Shown here: positions 35,207 through 45,800 of the stretch, in pieces | Layout of the letters: every line of letters starts with the position of its first letter | Position numbering within the stretch: the stretch's first letter is position 1 | DNA from: an uncultured Gammaproteobacteria bacterium | GTDB taxonomy: Bacteria; Patescibacteriota; Microgenomatia; Levybacterales; UBA12049 | DNA length: 64,000 nt | Direction: 5' to 3' | Assembly (NCBI GenBank): GCA_964497535.1 | Contig: CAZCCG010000001.1 | Location: forward strand, 66,688 to 130,687 | The notes under the pieces: generated by a model | The model's database searches: none | Told to the model about the DNA's origin: nothing | The model's input: the letters and a program-made list of their open reading frames with translations, nothing else | Made by a program: the position numbers and the translations under genes

Positions 35207-36685
35207 ATGAACTATTTGAGACTCTTTTTGAGCGTTCTTCTCTTGCTTTCTTTTCCCATCAAAGCCTACGCCGATAACGCAGTTACTATGACCTATAAAC
35301 CCTCTCCTCTTTTTGCCAATAGCCCGGCTGTCAATTTCACCTTTCAGACCTCACCAGACAATCCCATCTTTACAGTAAAACCGCAATCGGGATATAACAC
35401 CTATACGCTTGCATTATGGAGACCCGGAGCTGACGCGAGCAATATTAAAGAACTAACCTTTTATTATCATGTAACAGCAACTCAATCAGCTTCTTTAGGC
35501 AATATGTTAGAAACTGGAGATTTTGATTTGCAAAAAAAATATGAAGCCTCAACCAATGCCACGGTTTGTGATAATATTTTCAGCTGTCTGGGTACCGCGC
35601 TTATTCCCGGAGGAGGATATCTTGTCGGATATCAAATTGCCAAAGATATTACCGGTAATAAGGTCATTCCCATTCAAATGAATACTCCTGGATATTGGAC
35701 ATTAAAATTATATCGAGAACAATTTCAACCAAAAACTGAAGACAAACAAAAAGATGATCCAAAAACAGGACTCATGTATGTCGACCAACCAAAATTTAAT
35801 ACGCTTATTCCCCTCTATGAAGGAGGATATCGAGTCTATCCTATCTGTGATGAAACGAAAGGATGTATCGCTTTAAGAATTTCCCCTTCTCAAATTAAAA
35901 ATGGCCAACCGTATGATCTCTATATTATTAATGCTATTCCCGGCCAAACGTATACCGTCTGGTATATGAAAAATGGAGTAACTGATGCATCAGCAATACG
36001 ATCAGCGAAGCCCAATATGGACATTATGAAGCCGGGAACTTTTGGTGATATTGCTCCTGATGGAACTCCTTATCCCATCGGCACACTTACAAAGATTGGC
36101 TCACAAGCTAAATCACCGTTCAGTGATATAAAGAATAATATTCTTTGTGTTTCTGCTGTAGGAACAGCACTTGACAGCTTTAGCACGAACCAGCTGACCT
36201 GTGATTTCTGGTTTAACCTCAATGATGTCCTGCGAAATGCCAGTGATCCAAATACTGCAGATGATGTCAATTATACCGTCCTCAGTAACCAACCCGGCCT
36301 GCCTCATCCTGATGAACCTCTTATCGATGAGAGTAGCTTTAAGAAAAAGACTACCCCTCCTCCCTGTTCTAAAGATAAAGATGCCTTCCAGAATGGATTA
36401 TGCGCACGATTTGATACGGCTATTGGGCCAATTGATACCACGCCAATGGGCTTTGTAAAGAGTGTATTTGGAATATTATTGTCACTTGCGGGAGTCATTG
36501 CCCTTATTATCATCATCTATTCCGGTTATTTGCTTATCATGTCCCAGGGAAATCCGGAAAAGATACAAGGAGCAAAAGATTCCATAACTTCTGCAATAGT
36601 CGGGCTTTTATTTATGATCTTTTCAATTATTATTATGCAATTTATTGGCGTAAACATCCTCCAACTCCCGGGATTTGGCAAATAA
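35207..36685 (+). CDS. Secreted protein with a C-terminal VirB2/TrbC-like pilin domain
   Basis: Signal peptide; TAIG, IIIYSGYLLIMSQGNPEKIQGAKDSITSAIVGL. Confidence 0.75.
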   Translation: MNYLRLFLSVLLLLSFPIKAYADNAVTMTYKPSPLFANSPAVNFTFQTSPDNPIFTVKPQSGYNTYTLALWRPGADASNIKELTFYYHVTATQSASLGNMLETGDFDLQKKYEASTNATVCDNIFSCLGTALIPGGGYLVGYQIAKDITGNKVIPIQMNTPGYWTLKLYREQFQPKTEDKQKDDPKTGLMYVDQPKFNTLIPLYEGGYRVYPICDETKGCIALRISPSQIKNGQPYDLYIINAIPGQTYTVWYMKNGVTDASAIRSAKPNMDIMKPGTFGDIAPDGTPYPIGTLTKIGSQAKSPFSDIKNNILCVSAVGTALDSFSTNQLTCDFWFNLNDVLRNASDPNTADDVNYTVLSNQPGLPHPDEPLIDESSFKKKTTPPPCSKDKDAFQNGLCARFDTAIGPIDTTPMGFVKSVFGILLSLAGVIALIIIIYSGYLLIMSQGNPEKIQGAKDSITSAIVGLLFMIFSIIIMQFIGVNILQLPGFGK

Positions 36686-36711
36686 GATAAGCGTAAAGTG
36701 TAAAACGAAAA

Positions 36712-37086
36712 ATGCAAAGTAATAATGCTAAAGCAAAGCCGGAATTAAAGCAGCGAGCCTACATATACGCATTAGATATTATTCAATTTATTGATACCCT
36801 TGATAAAAAAGATTTCACTGTTCAAATCCTTGCCAAACAGTTATTGAGAAGTGCTACAAGTATTGGAGCCAACATTATTGAAGCTCAAGCTGGAAGCTCT
36901 AAAAAGGATTTTACGAATTTTTTTTCATATGCTTTAAAGTCTGCAAATGAAAGTAAATTCTGGTTAGGGCTCCTTCGAGATTCCCAGAAAGCAAATAAAG
37001 AAACTGTTAACAACCTGCTTCAAGAGACTTCCGAACTATCAAATATTTTAGGGTCAAGTATCTTAACGCTGAAGGGGAAACATTAA
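36712..37086 (+). CDS. Four-helix-bundle protein (IVS/Avd-like)
   Basis: QLLRSATSIGANIIEAQAGSSKKDF...ALKSANESKFWL; inverted heptamer arms. Confidence 0.9.
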   Translation: MQSNNAKAKPELKQRAYIYALDIIQFIDTLDKKDFTVQILAKQLLRSATSIGANIIEAQAGSSKKDFTNFFSYALKSANESKFWLGLLRDSQKANKETVNNLLQETSELSNILGSSILTLKGKH

Positions 37087-37157
37087 TTTGTTATTGTTTT
37101 TCACTTTTCACTTTTAATTTTACGCTTTCATGTTGTATACTATAATAAATTCACATA

Positions 37158-37490
37158 ATGAATCACTTACTCGCTCTTAGCATCAATGGACAACAAGTCC
37201 AGACTCCTGGAGGACTTCAGAATACCAGTAATGTAACTATTTCCTCTCTCATTTTTTTTGGAATTAATATGCTCATTTTTGCCGCTATTGCCTTGGCATC
37301 AATATTTTTGGTGGTATCAGGTGTGCAATGGATTATGTCAGGAGGAGATAAGCAAAAAATTGAATCAGCCCGAAAAAGAATTACACTGATTGTCACAGGG
37401 CTGATTATTGTTTTGGGAGCAGTACTGATACTCAACCTGGTAGGAGGAGTTTTTGGTATTAATTTCATGCAGGTACAGTTTCCCTCTTGA
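37158..37490 (+). CDS. VirB2/TrbC-like pilin
   Basis: FLVVSGVQWIMSGGDKQKIESARKRITLIVTGL. Confidence 0.8.
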   Translation: MNHLLALSINGQQVQTPGGLQNTSNVTISSLIFFGINMLIFAAIALASIFLVVSGVQWIMSGGDKQKIESARKRITLIVTGLIIVLGAVLILNLVGGVFGINFMQVQFPS

Positions 37491-37511
37491 CAAACTAAAG
37501 AAAAACTTACT

Positions 37512-37949
37512 ATGATAACTTTAATGAGAGTAAAACAGTCTATCGGTCTTATTGGTGGTACTATTGCATCATTAGCTTTTGTTCCACAAGCGTTTGCGCA
37601 GGCTCCATCTGACCCTAATTCTATTTGTCCACAGGATTCTGTATTTTTCAAACTATGTACCCAGGTTGGAGGATTGTCTTTGGGAAATATTGTTGGGAAA
37701 GTCATCAGTCTGTTATTGGTAGTAGCAGTTGTGGTCGCTCTTATCTTCCTGGTCTGGGGCGGCATCAAATGGATCATGTCAGGCGGAGATAAAGCAGGTG
37801 TTGAAGGCGCACGAAATCAAATTATCGCAGCAGTTGTCGGTCTGATTGTAGCATTTGCTGCTTATATCATCTTGAACTTTGTATTAGGGCTCTTCGGACT
37901 CGGAGCAGCCAATGCCATTGTCCTTCCTACCCTCATCCCCAATCCATAA
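37512..37949 (+). CDS. VirB2/TrbC-like pilin with signal peptide
   Basis: AFAQ; FLVWGGIKWIMSGGDKAGVEGARNQIIAAVVGL. Confidence 0.82.
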   Translation: MITLMRVKQSIGLIGGTIASLAFVPQAFAQAPSDPNSICPQDSVFFKLCTQVGGLSLGNIVGKVISLLLVVAVVVALIFLVWGGIKWIMSGGDKAGVEGARNQIIAAVVGLIVAFAAYIILNFVLGLFGLGAANAIVLPTLIPNP

Positions 37950-38004
37950 AGATCTCTCCCCTTGTTATTGTTTTTATCACATCAACTTGTTACTATAATT
38001 ATAT

Positions 38005-38322
38005 ATGTGGGATAGCTGTGCGCCAAATGGAGTTGCAACAATACAATGTATTCCGGTTCTTATCAAACTTCTTATTAATGCTGCCTTTAGTTTTGTCGGG
38101 ATAACGGCACTTTTTTTCATCATCTGGTCCGGAGTTCAATTGGTGACAGCCTCAGGAGAGGATCCAAAACAAGTTGAAGGAGCACGAAAAACTCTGACAT
38201 TTGCTATTGTTGGACTTATTGTCGTTCTTATGTCATTTTTTGTAGTCAACTTTGTAGCCTTTGTCAGTGGAACTCCCTGTATTGCGCAATTTGATACCTT
38301 TACTCTCGGCAGCTGCCAGTAA
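38005..38322 (+). CDS. VirB2/TrbC-like pilin
   Basis: GVATIQC; FIIWSGVQLVTASGEDPKQVEGARKTLTFAIVGL. Confidence 0.8.
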   Translation: MWDSCAPNGVATIQCIPVLIKLLINAAFSFVGITALFFIIWSGVQLVTASGEDPKQVEGARKTLTFAIVGLIVVLMSFFVVNFVAFVSGTPCIAQFDTFTLGSCQ

Positions 38323-38363
38323 TGATGAATTCCAAATTTATAATATCCAATTTCTAATTTCAA

Positions 38364-38735
38364 ATGGATCGTAAAAATTATGATATTCATGAACGTATAT
38401 TTAACTTTATTGTAGCTGGTATAGAATTTCTTAATAAACTCCCAAAGACTCCCACTAACCTCATCATTATTAATCAATTAAGCCGGTCAATTACTTCAAT
38501 GGGAGCAAATGACCAGGAAGCCGATGGTGCTCTCACGAAAAAAGATTTTATCCACGGCTTTACTGTCGTCAGAAAAGAAGGAAAAGAATCAGTATTCTGG
38601 TTTAGGCTTATTGGTAAAACAAATAAATCATTCTTTGAAGAGACTTCCCCTTTAATTAAGGAAGGGCATGAGATTGTAGCAATTATAAGTGCTATTATTA
38701 AAAATGCTTCAAATAGCAATAAAGAAAGAAAATAA
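38364..38735 (+). CDS. Four-helix-bundle protein (IVS/Avd-like)
   Basis: QLSRSITSMGANDQEADGALTKKDF...RKEGKESVFW; inverted heptamer arms. Confidence 0.88.
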   Translation: MDRKNYDIHERIFNFIVAGIEFLNKLPKTPTNLIIINQLSRSITSMGANDQEADGALTKKDFIHGFTVVRKEGKESVFWFRLIGKTNKSFFEETSPLIKEGHEIVAIISAIIKNASNSNKERK

Positions 38736-38803
38736 CCTAAATCTTAATTGGAAATTTGATATTTGAAATTACAAATTTTAAATTTATCGCCTCTATTCCT
38801 ATA

Positions 38804-39484
38804 TTAGGATCGAGGTTTACGTTGTACTATCTTTGTTAATCCAATTACTACCGCATCAATTCCTAATGGAATCAATAACAATATGCTTGCCTGTTTGAGA
38901 AACTCCATGGTGTGGTCAGAAAATAGTGCAGTGATCCAGGAGGACGGAATCCGAAAACCCGATATAAAAAATGCTGTACCAATCAAAAGCAGCGCTAAGG
39001 CAAATTCTACGGTTCCCTCCACATCTTTGCTGCTTGAAAACATCGTATTACCAATTTCAAAAACGATATAAAACAGAAGAATAATATTCCACGGAGCGGG
39101 AACAAGCTGTTGTGTTGGGAAGAGAAAATAAAATGAAGCAGCCAGAAGCAGGATAAATCCTACCAGAATCGGCGCGACACCAATCAGCGCACGGCGAAAC
39201 GGATCACACTGAGCAATCTGTACACTCCCCAACTTCACACTCTCCCCTCGCACTTGAGGAATAAATTCTATTTCACCAGTACGAACAAATAAAAGATTTG
39301 CTGTCAGGTAATGCGCGAGCTCATGGATGACAACACCGGGAAGAAACAGAAATGCCAATGCATATACTGACCCTACATGACTGTGGCTTATCCGCCAAAA
39401 AATAGTACTTAATGATTTTGAGAGGATGCGGGACAAGAAAAAAAGCGCCAACAACTCACCAATAAGTATTCCAATGAAATGCAT
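38804..39484 (-). CDS. Membrane zinc-metallopeptidase-like protein (M50-like)
   Basis: FLPGVVIHELAH, LGSV, IGVAP, multiple TMs. Confidence 0.7.
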   Translation of the reverse strand: MHFIGILIGELLALFFLSRILSKSLSTIFWRISHSHVGSVYALAFLFLPGVVIHELAHYLTANLLFVRTGEIEFIPQVRGESVKLGSVQIAQCDPFRRALIGVAPILVGFILLLAASFYFLFPTQQLVPAPWNIILLFYIVFEIGNTMFSSSKDVEGTVEFALALLLIGTAFFISGFRIPSSWITALFSDHTMEFLKQASILLLIPLGIDAVVIGLTKIVQRKPRS

Positions 39485-39563
39485 ACCTATTAGTATAGAA
39501 TCCTCTCATCGAGAAAACAATGTCGGCTTGATTCCCTATGCTGCTTTATATTACTATTGACGT

Positions 39564-42398
39564 ATGCCAACAATCGAACAAGTAAGACCTCCCATCCAGG
39601 AAGTAGAACCCACTATAGAAACTCCTTCCGAACATAGAGCGTTGGTAGGATTTCAAGCACGGGTGCTCCTGGGAAATGAGGCATTAGATCCGAATAATCA
39701 TGTCGAGACAATAACCCCTGAGGCATTAGGAACCTTTGCCGGACGTAATTATGACATGTTGCAAGATGCTTCACAGAGAGAACGGCACTCATTTTGGCAG
39801 GAGACTCCTCATGAGACTCACCAAGCCCAAAAAGACGCGTGGGCAACCACATTTGCGGAAACAATTGCTTCTTCTCAACCCTTTTTCGAAACTGAAAAAG
39901 GACAACAGTGGATAGCAACACTGTCTCAGTTTGGCGTCACCAGTGCTTCCCCATCCACAGAGGAAATACATCACATATATGATTTGTATTTCTCATCCGA
40001 TTCCGATACGCCGGCACTCAAACAATTTGTCGGCAGAGTAATTGATACTTATACGGAAAATGGAACCCTTAACTATGCACGGCTCAAAACTGATTTGCCT
40101 GCCGTAGAATGGTTTTCCAATATTTTTGGCCATACCTCTTCGGAAGTCATCGGGCAAATGATTGATGCTGAGGCAAAACTAATTCAAAATCCCCAAACAA
40201 TTATTCAAGAAGCTTCCCAACTCACTCAGAATGGACAACCACGAAGTCGAATAAATGATTTAGAAGAACGGGAAGAAGAGTTACTTATATTCCTCACCGG
40301 CTCGTCTACTTCCTCTCAAACCCACGAGGATGTTGAGGAACCATATGCGGAACAAACTCCAGCAGAGGAACCAAACCAGACTGATATAGAAGCTGAAGCA
40401 ATACCTCTGGGACCACGTAGTGATTCAAGAAATGGACATGACGCAGACTCACTCAGAGAACCAGCACGAGGTGAATCTGATCACCCAGATACAGAACCTG
40501 CCGAAAAATCACACGAGGATGCAATCCCACCCCAACCTCTTGCACAACTCGGAACCGCAACAGGGGCAGAAACACACGAAACTGCAGAAGCAGCTCTCCT
40601 ACCTTACGCCGAAAAGCTTGCCGACTTATATATATCTCTGGGTATTAAAGATAAAGGCTATAAAGATATATTTGCAATCGGTATCCAGCACCTTACCACA
40701 GATACGCCAAGAGCTGATCAACAGAAAATGTTGAAAATATTACGTGATACTGCTATGGACATGGAACACTATTATGCTTCGGAACAGCAAGACCCCGATC
40801 AAGTTGAGAAAGCTACAAAAATGGCACGTGTCATTCGAAAACTCCTCAAATCATCCTCCAATCTTTCAGAAGAGGCACTCGAAACTGCATTTGCTGATAC
40901 CCCGCCCACTCCAGAGCAAAAACCCAAGCCGTTTCGACTCCGCCTACACCGTGAGGGAGTAGAAAATGATGCATTAAGAATAGTAATAGGAGGAAAAGAT
41001 GATATGCCGGAACCAGATATTGCACTTACGCCATACGCGCAGGACTTGAAAAACTTGCTTGATACCGGATGGATGCCTCGTTCTGCTGAAAGCCAGATGC
41101 TCACACCGCTTGTGGATTCTATTCGTAAGGGGATGCCTCTTGAGGAACAGCTCCTGCGCTATACCCAAATTCATACTGTTATATCAAGCATAGAAGAATC
41201 ACTTCGGGAATCCTCTCCGCCTACCGAGTGGCATATGACGCAGGTTGTCGAGATGAAAAATCTTGTTGAGGGATATATACAGGATATTCGAGAAATGAAG
41301 GGTAAACCCAGAGAAATAGCAACCACACATCCAGAACTAATTGCACCAGCCCAAGGAATTGGACAAATTGCCGAAGGTCTTGACCCTACCTATAGAGATC
41401 GTCTGAACAGTCTGTTAGAAGGCTTAACGGAACAATCATCTACAGAAGAGCGAGAACGTATTTTTGAAGAAATTCTTCATGTCACTTCTCTCTGGGATAA
41501 GAATTTTACCAATATGCAAAACTATAGAGATGAAGACAGTAAAGAATTTACTGCAGCAGGGCAGCAAAAAGCAGTTGCTCATAGAATTAGACAAGCAGCA
41601 GAAACAGCTCTGGAAGGGTTACGGCACGGACAAGCTGAACCATCAGAAGCAGTCGTGGCAGGTGAACCAGGACGAGAAGCACAACCGCAACTGCTTGCTT
41701 CCGGGGAATCTATTCAGGCGATCCTTGATACATTTAGACCCAGTGATGATAGGTTTTACCATGATAAGATACAATCAATATCACGACATTTAACAGCAGG
41801 CATTCAGGGGCATCCTACTCAACAAGCATTTTTCCTGCATGAAATCCATGCTATCACTGAGGAGATGGAAGGATTTTTTCAGGAAAATGCCAGAAGAAAA
41901 CCTGAATTTTCTCTGGCTCAGATAGAAAAAGCCCGGGCAATACGAGCAGCAGTAGAACAAGCACAGAGACAACTGAGACAAGAACAAGAAAACCACGAGG
42001 AACAAGCAGCATCTGATACTCCTACGCTGGAACCGTCGCAAATACATACAGCGGTAACAGACAGAGCCGGAGAAGACGAACCAATCCTTACTCTTGATGC
42101 AATACGAAAGGGAGACACAGTAGAAGAAGAACACTCATCAGAACCGCCGCCCCCTCCTCCATTACCTGTTGTTGAAGATGCTACTGACGAGGAGACAGAA
42201 CATATTGATGAAGAGGTAGAACTTAAGCATTCCCCTGATACCGATCCAGATGAAGAAATGGCAGAAGATTCTGAGTGGGAGGATGATCAACAACCGCAGC
42301 GGGGAAAAAATAAGGGAAGAAGTTTTATGAGGAATGGAAAACCACTAGACAAACGCAATGCCAGACGCGCTCGAGAACAGCAACGCCAATGGAATTAA
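39564..42398 (+). CDS. Large acidic hypothetical protein with about four degenerate helical modules
   Basis: 944-aa ORF; repeated LLPYA/LTPYA/LIAPA/LLASG...Q.EK modules; acidic and poly-Pro tail. Confidence 0.75.
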   Translation: MPTIEQVRPPIQEVEPTIETPSEHRALVGFQARVLLGNEALDPNNHVETITPEALGTFAGRNYDMLQDASQRERHSFWQETPHETHQAQKDAWATTFAETIASSQPFFETEKGQQWIATLSQFGVTSASPSTEEIHHIYDLYFSSDSDTPALKQFVGRVIDTYTENGTLNYARLKTDLPAVEWFSNIFGHTSSEVIGQMIDAEAKLIQNPQTIIQEASQLTQNGQPRSRINDLEEREEELLIFLTGSSTSSQTHEDVEEPYAEQTPAEEPNQTDIEAEAIPLGPRSDSRNGHDADSLREPARGESDHPDTEPAEKSHEDAIPPQPLAQLGTATGAETHETAEAALLPYAEKLADLYISLGIKDKGYKDIFAIGIQHLTTDTPRADQQKMLKILRDTAMDMEHYYASEQQDPDQVEKATKMARVIRKLLKSSSNLSEEALETAFADTPPTPEQKPKPFRLRLHREGVENDALRIVIGGKDDMPEPDIALTPYAQDLKNLLDTGWMPRSAESQMLTPLVDSIRKGMPLEEQLLRYTQIHTVISSIEESLRESSPPTEWHMTQVVEMKNLVEGYIQDIREMKGKPREIATTHPELIAPAQGIGQIAEGLDPTYRDRLNSLLEGLTEQSSTEERERIFEEILHVTSLWDKNFTNMQNYRDEDSKEFTAAGQQKAVAHRIRQAAETALEGLRHGQAEPSEAVVAGEPGREAQPQLLASGESIQAILDTFRPSDDRFYHDKIQSISRHLTAGIQGHPTQQAFFLHEIHAITEEMEGFFQENARRKPEFSLAQIEKARAIRAAVEQAQRQLRQEQENHEEQAASDTPTLEPSQIHTAVTDRAGEDEPILTLDAIRKGDTVEEEHSSEPPPPPPLPVVEDATDEETEHIDEEVELKHSPDTDPDEEMAEDSEWEDDQQPQRGKNKGRSFMRNGKPLDKRNARRAREQQRQWN

Positions 42399-42477
42399 AA
42401 ACTCAACCGTAATCTCCTCTCCTCTTGACTTCTTATGAAATATATTGTCATACTTACTGTTGAAGGAGGTGATTGGA

Positions 42478-42861
42478 ATGCAAGATCAAACACAACAAAT
42501 TCCACCGGAAGTGAAATCTTTTCTTGAAGGTATCTTACAGGATGCCAATATGGTGACGTTGGATGACCAAATGAAAGAAGAGATGGTCAAAGAACTCTAT
42601 GTACGGCTGGATAACTTTATCACAGCAGCGATTGTCGATCATATGCCTGCTGACAAAGTTGAAGAATTTATCAAAATGAACGAGGAAAAAAAGTCCAAAG
42701 AGGACGTTGAAAAATTTGTTAAAGAAGTCATGCCAAATGCCCAAGAGGTATTTACCAATGCTTTCATGGAATTTCGTGATCTGTATTTAGGAGGAGTTGC
42801 TGCAAAACGGAATGAACCGGAAGCTGCAAACACAACCGTTCCATCTTCTTCTAAGAACTAA
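42478..42861 (+). CDS. Small acidic helical protein A (DUF5663-like; candidate chaperone)
   Basis: GAAGGAGGTGA SD; clear paralog of 48458..48799; 5 bp upstream of the giant gene. Confidence 0.8.
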   Translation: MQDQTQQIPPEVKSFLEGILQDANMVTLDDQMKEEMVKELYVRLDNFITAAIVDHMPADKVEEFIKMNEEKKSKEDVEKFVKEVMPNAQEVFTNAFMEFRDLYLGGVAAKRNEPEAANTTVPSSSKN

Positions 42862-42866
42862 CTACC

Positions 42867-45800
42867 ATGGCAGAAATCAACCAACCAGGTGGTCCTGAAG
42901 TACGATATAATCCTGAAAGAACAGATTCTCGTGAAGCAGTTGTTCATGCTGCACGGGTTGGATTTGATGAATTTAATAAACAAGCGAGAACACTTGAAGC
43001 AAAAAAAACTGATGAACTTACTCCAAAGGAACGCCAATTTCTTCGTGACCGCAATGTTTTCAAAAGTGGTATTGATGAAACGATAGACCACAAAGACGCC
43101 AATGGTAACCCAGCTGCGCGAGATAGCATTCCAACCGACTTTGAAAATAGAGAAAATCCGCAAGGCCCACAATTTCGACAATATGAAGGGATTCCTGTCG
43201 GAAGAGTAATTGGGTTCCTCCACGAGAAAATTGGGGCATTAGAAGCAGACCCCGCTAGCGACAAAATGTACATTGCAGAACTCAAACAATCCTATGATGT
43301 TTTGAGAAGAAATACTAAGGCATATTCTGAAAGGAGAAGTGTCTCAAATGGAAAGTTTTTCAGTCGCGTCGAAGAAGAGGCACGGAGAATTGCTCAAGAT
43401 CCTTTAGTAGCAACCCATGACCAAAATGGCAACTCTGATCTGGTAGCAAATTACTATTATGCGCTCAATGAGATTCGAACCAGACAGGAACTGATATTCC
43501 CCAAAAATAAAAACGTAGTACTCCCCCCTGAGGAACCTGATACAAAATTATTGCCGCCAGGACAACGACCGGCAGAATTACCTCCGGGGAATCATCCCCC
43601 AGAGCTTCCTCCTGGACAAAAACCAGGAGAACTAGGACCCGGTCAACATCCACCGGAACTTCCTCCGGGGGTACATCCTCCTGAATTACCCCCAGGCCAA
43701 AAACCTCCGGAACTACCACCCGGGCAGAAACCGCCGGAATTACCGCCGGGAGTTAAACCACCAGAATTACCACCTGGAGATCGTCCTCTAGAACTTCCGC
43801 CCGGTAGACCAACACCGGAAGATGTAGACCAGATCAGGCGTGATTTTGCTATTGTTAATCGCCACGCAGATGTAGAAAAGCGAGCACGAGAATACGCAGA
43901 GCAAAAAGTCCGTGAAGAATATAAAAAAGGCAGTTTCTTAAATCCCAAAGATATGTTCCGTAAAATAAAGCTTCGTGTCGGAGAAGAATATTACCGCCAA
44001 AAATATATCCAGGAAGCTCGCACGGCAATGCTTGCCAATAATAATTCATATATGGACATGGATGCAGCGACTCTCGGACTAACAGACGCAAAACATCGAA
44101 TAGATGAAGAACGTCAAGCAGGGACAGCAAAAGCAGAACAAGTAGCACTTCAAGCGCGGGAAAGAATCCAAGTAGGAGGAACTGAAGTCAAAGAAGCACA
44201 CGGCGCGCTTAAGGATGCGATTATGAAGGACATCATTCGTCCAGTTATTGAGGGCAAAATTACTGACCCAGCACAAGTACAAGATGTTATCAAGCAATTT
44301 GTAGAAGCAAATAATACTGATCCGGATGTCCAGGAAATATTTGGCAAAGACGCCACCCAGTATGGCAAACAGGCAGAATACTATGCGTCCAATTTGTTAG
44401 AAACAGGAGCATTGGTGAGAGAAGATGTAGCAGCTCATCGATATGCTATGGAGCAGATTGACGAAGTCGTGCATATCCAATTAGGTAATCCTTCATGGGC
44501 AGCGGAAACACAAGCTAATTTCAATACTGCTGACAAATTAATTGCAAGGCTTCAAAATGGACCATTGAGAGGATGGGCCGCAAATCCGGCAGCCATCGGG
44601 CTAGCAGCCTCTGCGGTAGGATTTTTTGGTACGAGATTACCCGGCAGAGTAGGACAAGCAGCTGGTGCAGTACCTGGTGTTGGAGTACTCATGGGAGCAG
44701 GATTTGCAGCACTTCGTCGCAACATGGATCTGAAACATGACATGGAAGCCCATCGTGTCGAACGTGCATATAACATGCAGGTTCCAAAAGATGCAAAACG
44801 GCGGGAAGCACTTGAGCAATTTGCCTATAAAACCGCTTCAGTGAATGAGTTACTCGAAGGAGGACAAGACAGAGAAGGAATGCTCGGCGGCGACTCACGG
44901 GGACTAAAAGAATTAGCTCAACTCAATCTATCTATTAATAATCCGAATACTCCAAACCCGGCAGAAACAGATCTACGAGCACTGATGAACCGGGAACATT
45001 TACTCCGTCGTATGTCAGAAGTCCAAGCGCGTCTGGATTTCTCCGCCCAGGAAAAAGTTGATTTGATAACATTTGAAACCCGCGAGCAGGTCGAACAAGG
45101 AAGACTGGAACTCATCAAAGGACTTGCCCAAGCTCGACTGGCATTGAAAAATGCCGGCATGGATGAAGATACCATGAAGGCAGACCTTGATCGGTACGGT
45201 AGTCAATGGACCAAATCATTTATACAGGACCGCGATCAAGAAAACAGAAAGTTTGCCAATTATCGAGTGAAAGAATCACTAAAAGCTGGCGCTTTTGCCG
45301 GCGCAATAGGATTGGGAGGAGTATTCGTCAGCCAGGAAGCTCTTGCCGGCGCAGGAAGAGTCATCGGCAAGCATGTGAATGATACGATACTTGAGCACGG
45401 CATCAAAGGCATCGGAGGAATCGCAGAAACTGTTAAATCCCATCTTCCAACACCAGGATCAGTACCTGCAGCTGTAGGAGCAGTGGCAGAAGCAGGAAGA
45501 AATACTCAACAGGCAATTGGATCTATTGACGTAACTCCAGGTGCGGTTGCAAATAAGGTTGGTGAGGTAGTAAATGGTATACGATCCACAGATATTCCCG
45601 GTGTTGTCTCAGGAGCAGCAGCTGAGGCAGGAAATAAAATTGGCAGTACGAATCCTGAACAAATACTCAGAAGCATGGGAGATTTCCTGACCGCAGAAGC
45701 ACCTGTTCCTTCCTCTTCTGAAATCCATGGATTAATCAGCGCAGACCTGCTCAAACAAGCATATGAAAATCCGCGTAATTTCCCAATTTTTGATGCAGCC

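Noticed and set aside
33412-38735. Diversity-generating retroelement (Avd-like genes next to pilins)
   Set aside because: No reverse transcriptase and no TR/VR pair with adenine-specific mismatches seen in the window.
43551-43805. CRISPR array
   Set aside because: In-frame coding tandem repeat with no unique spacers; no cas genes in the window.
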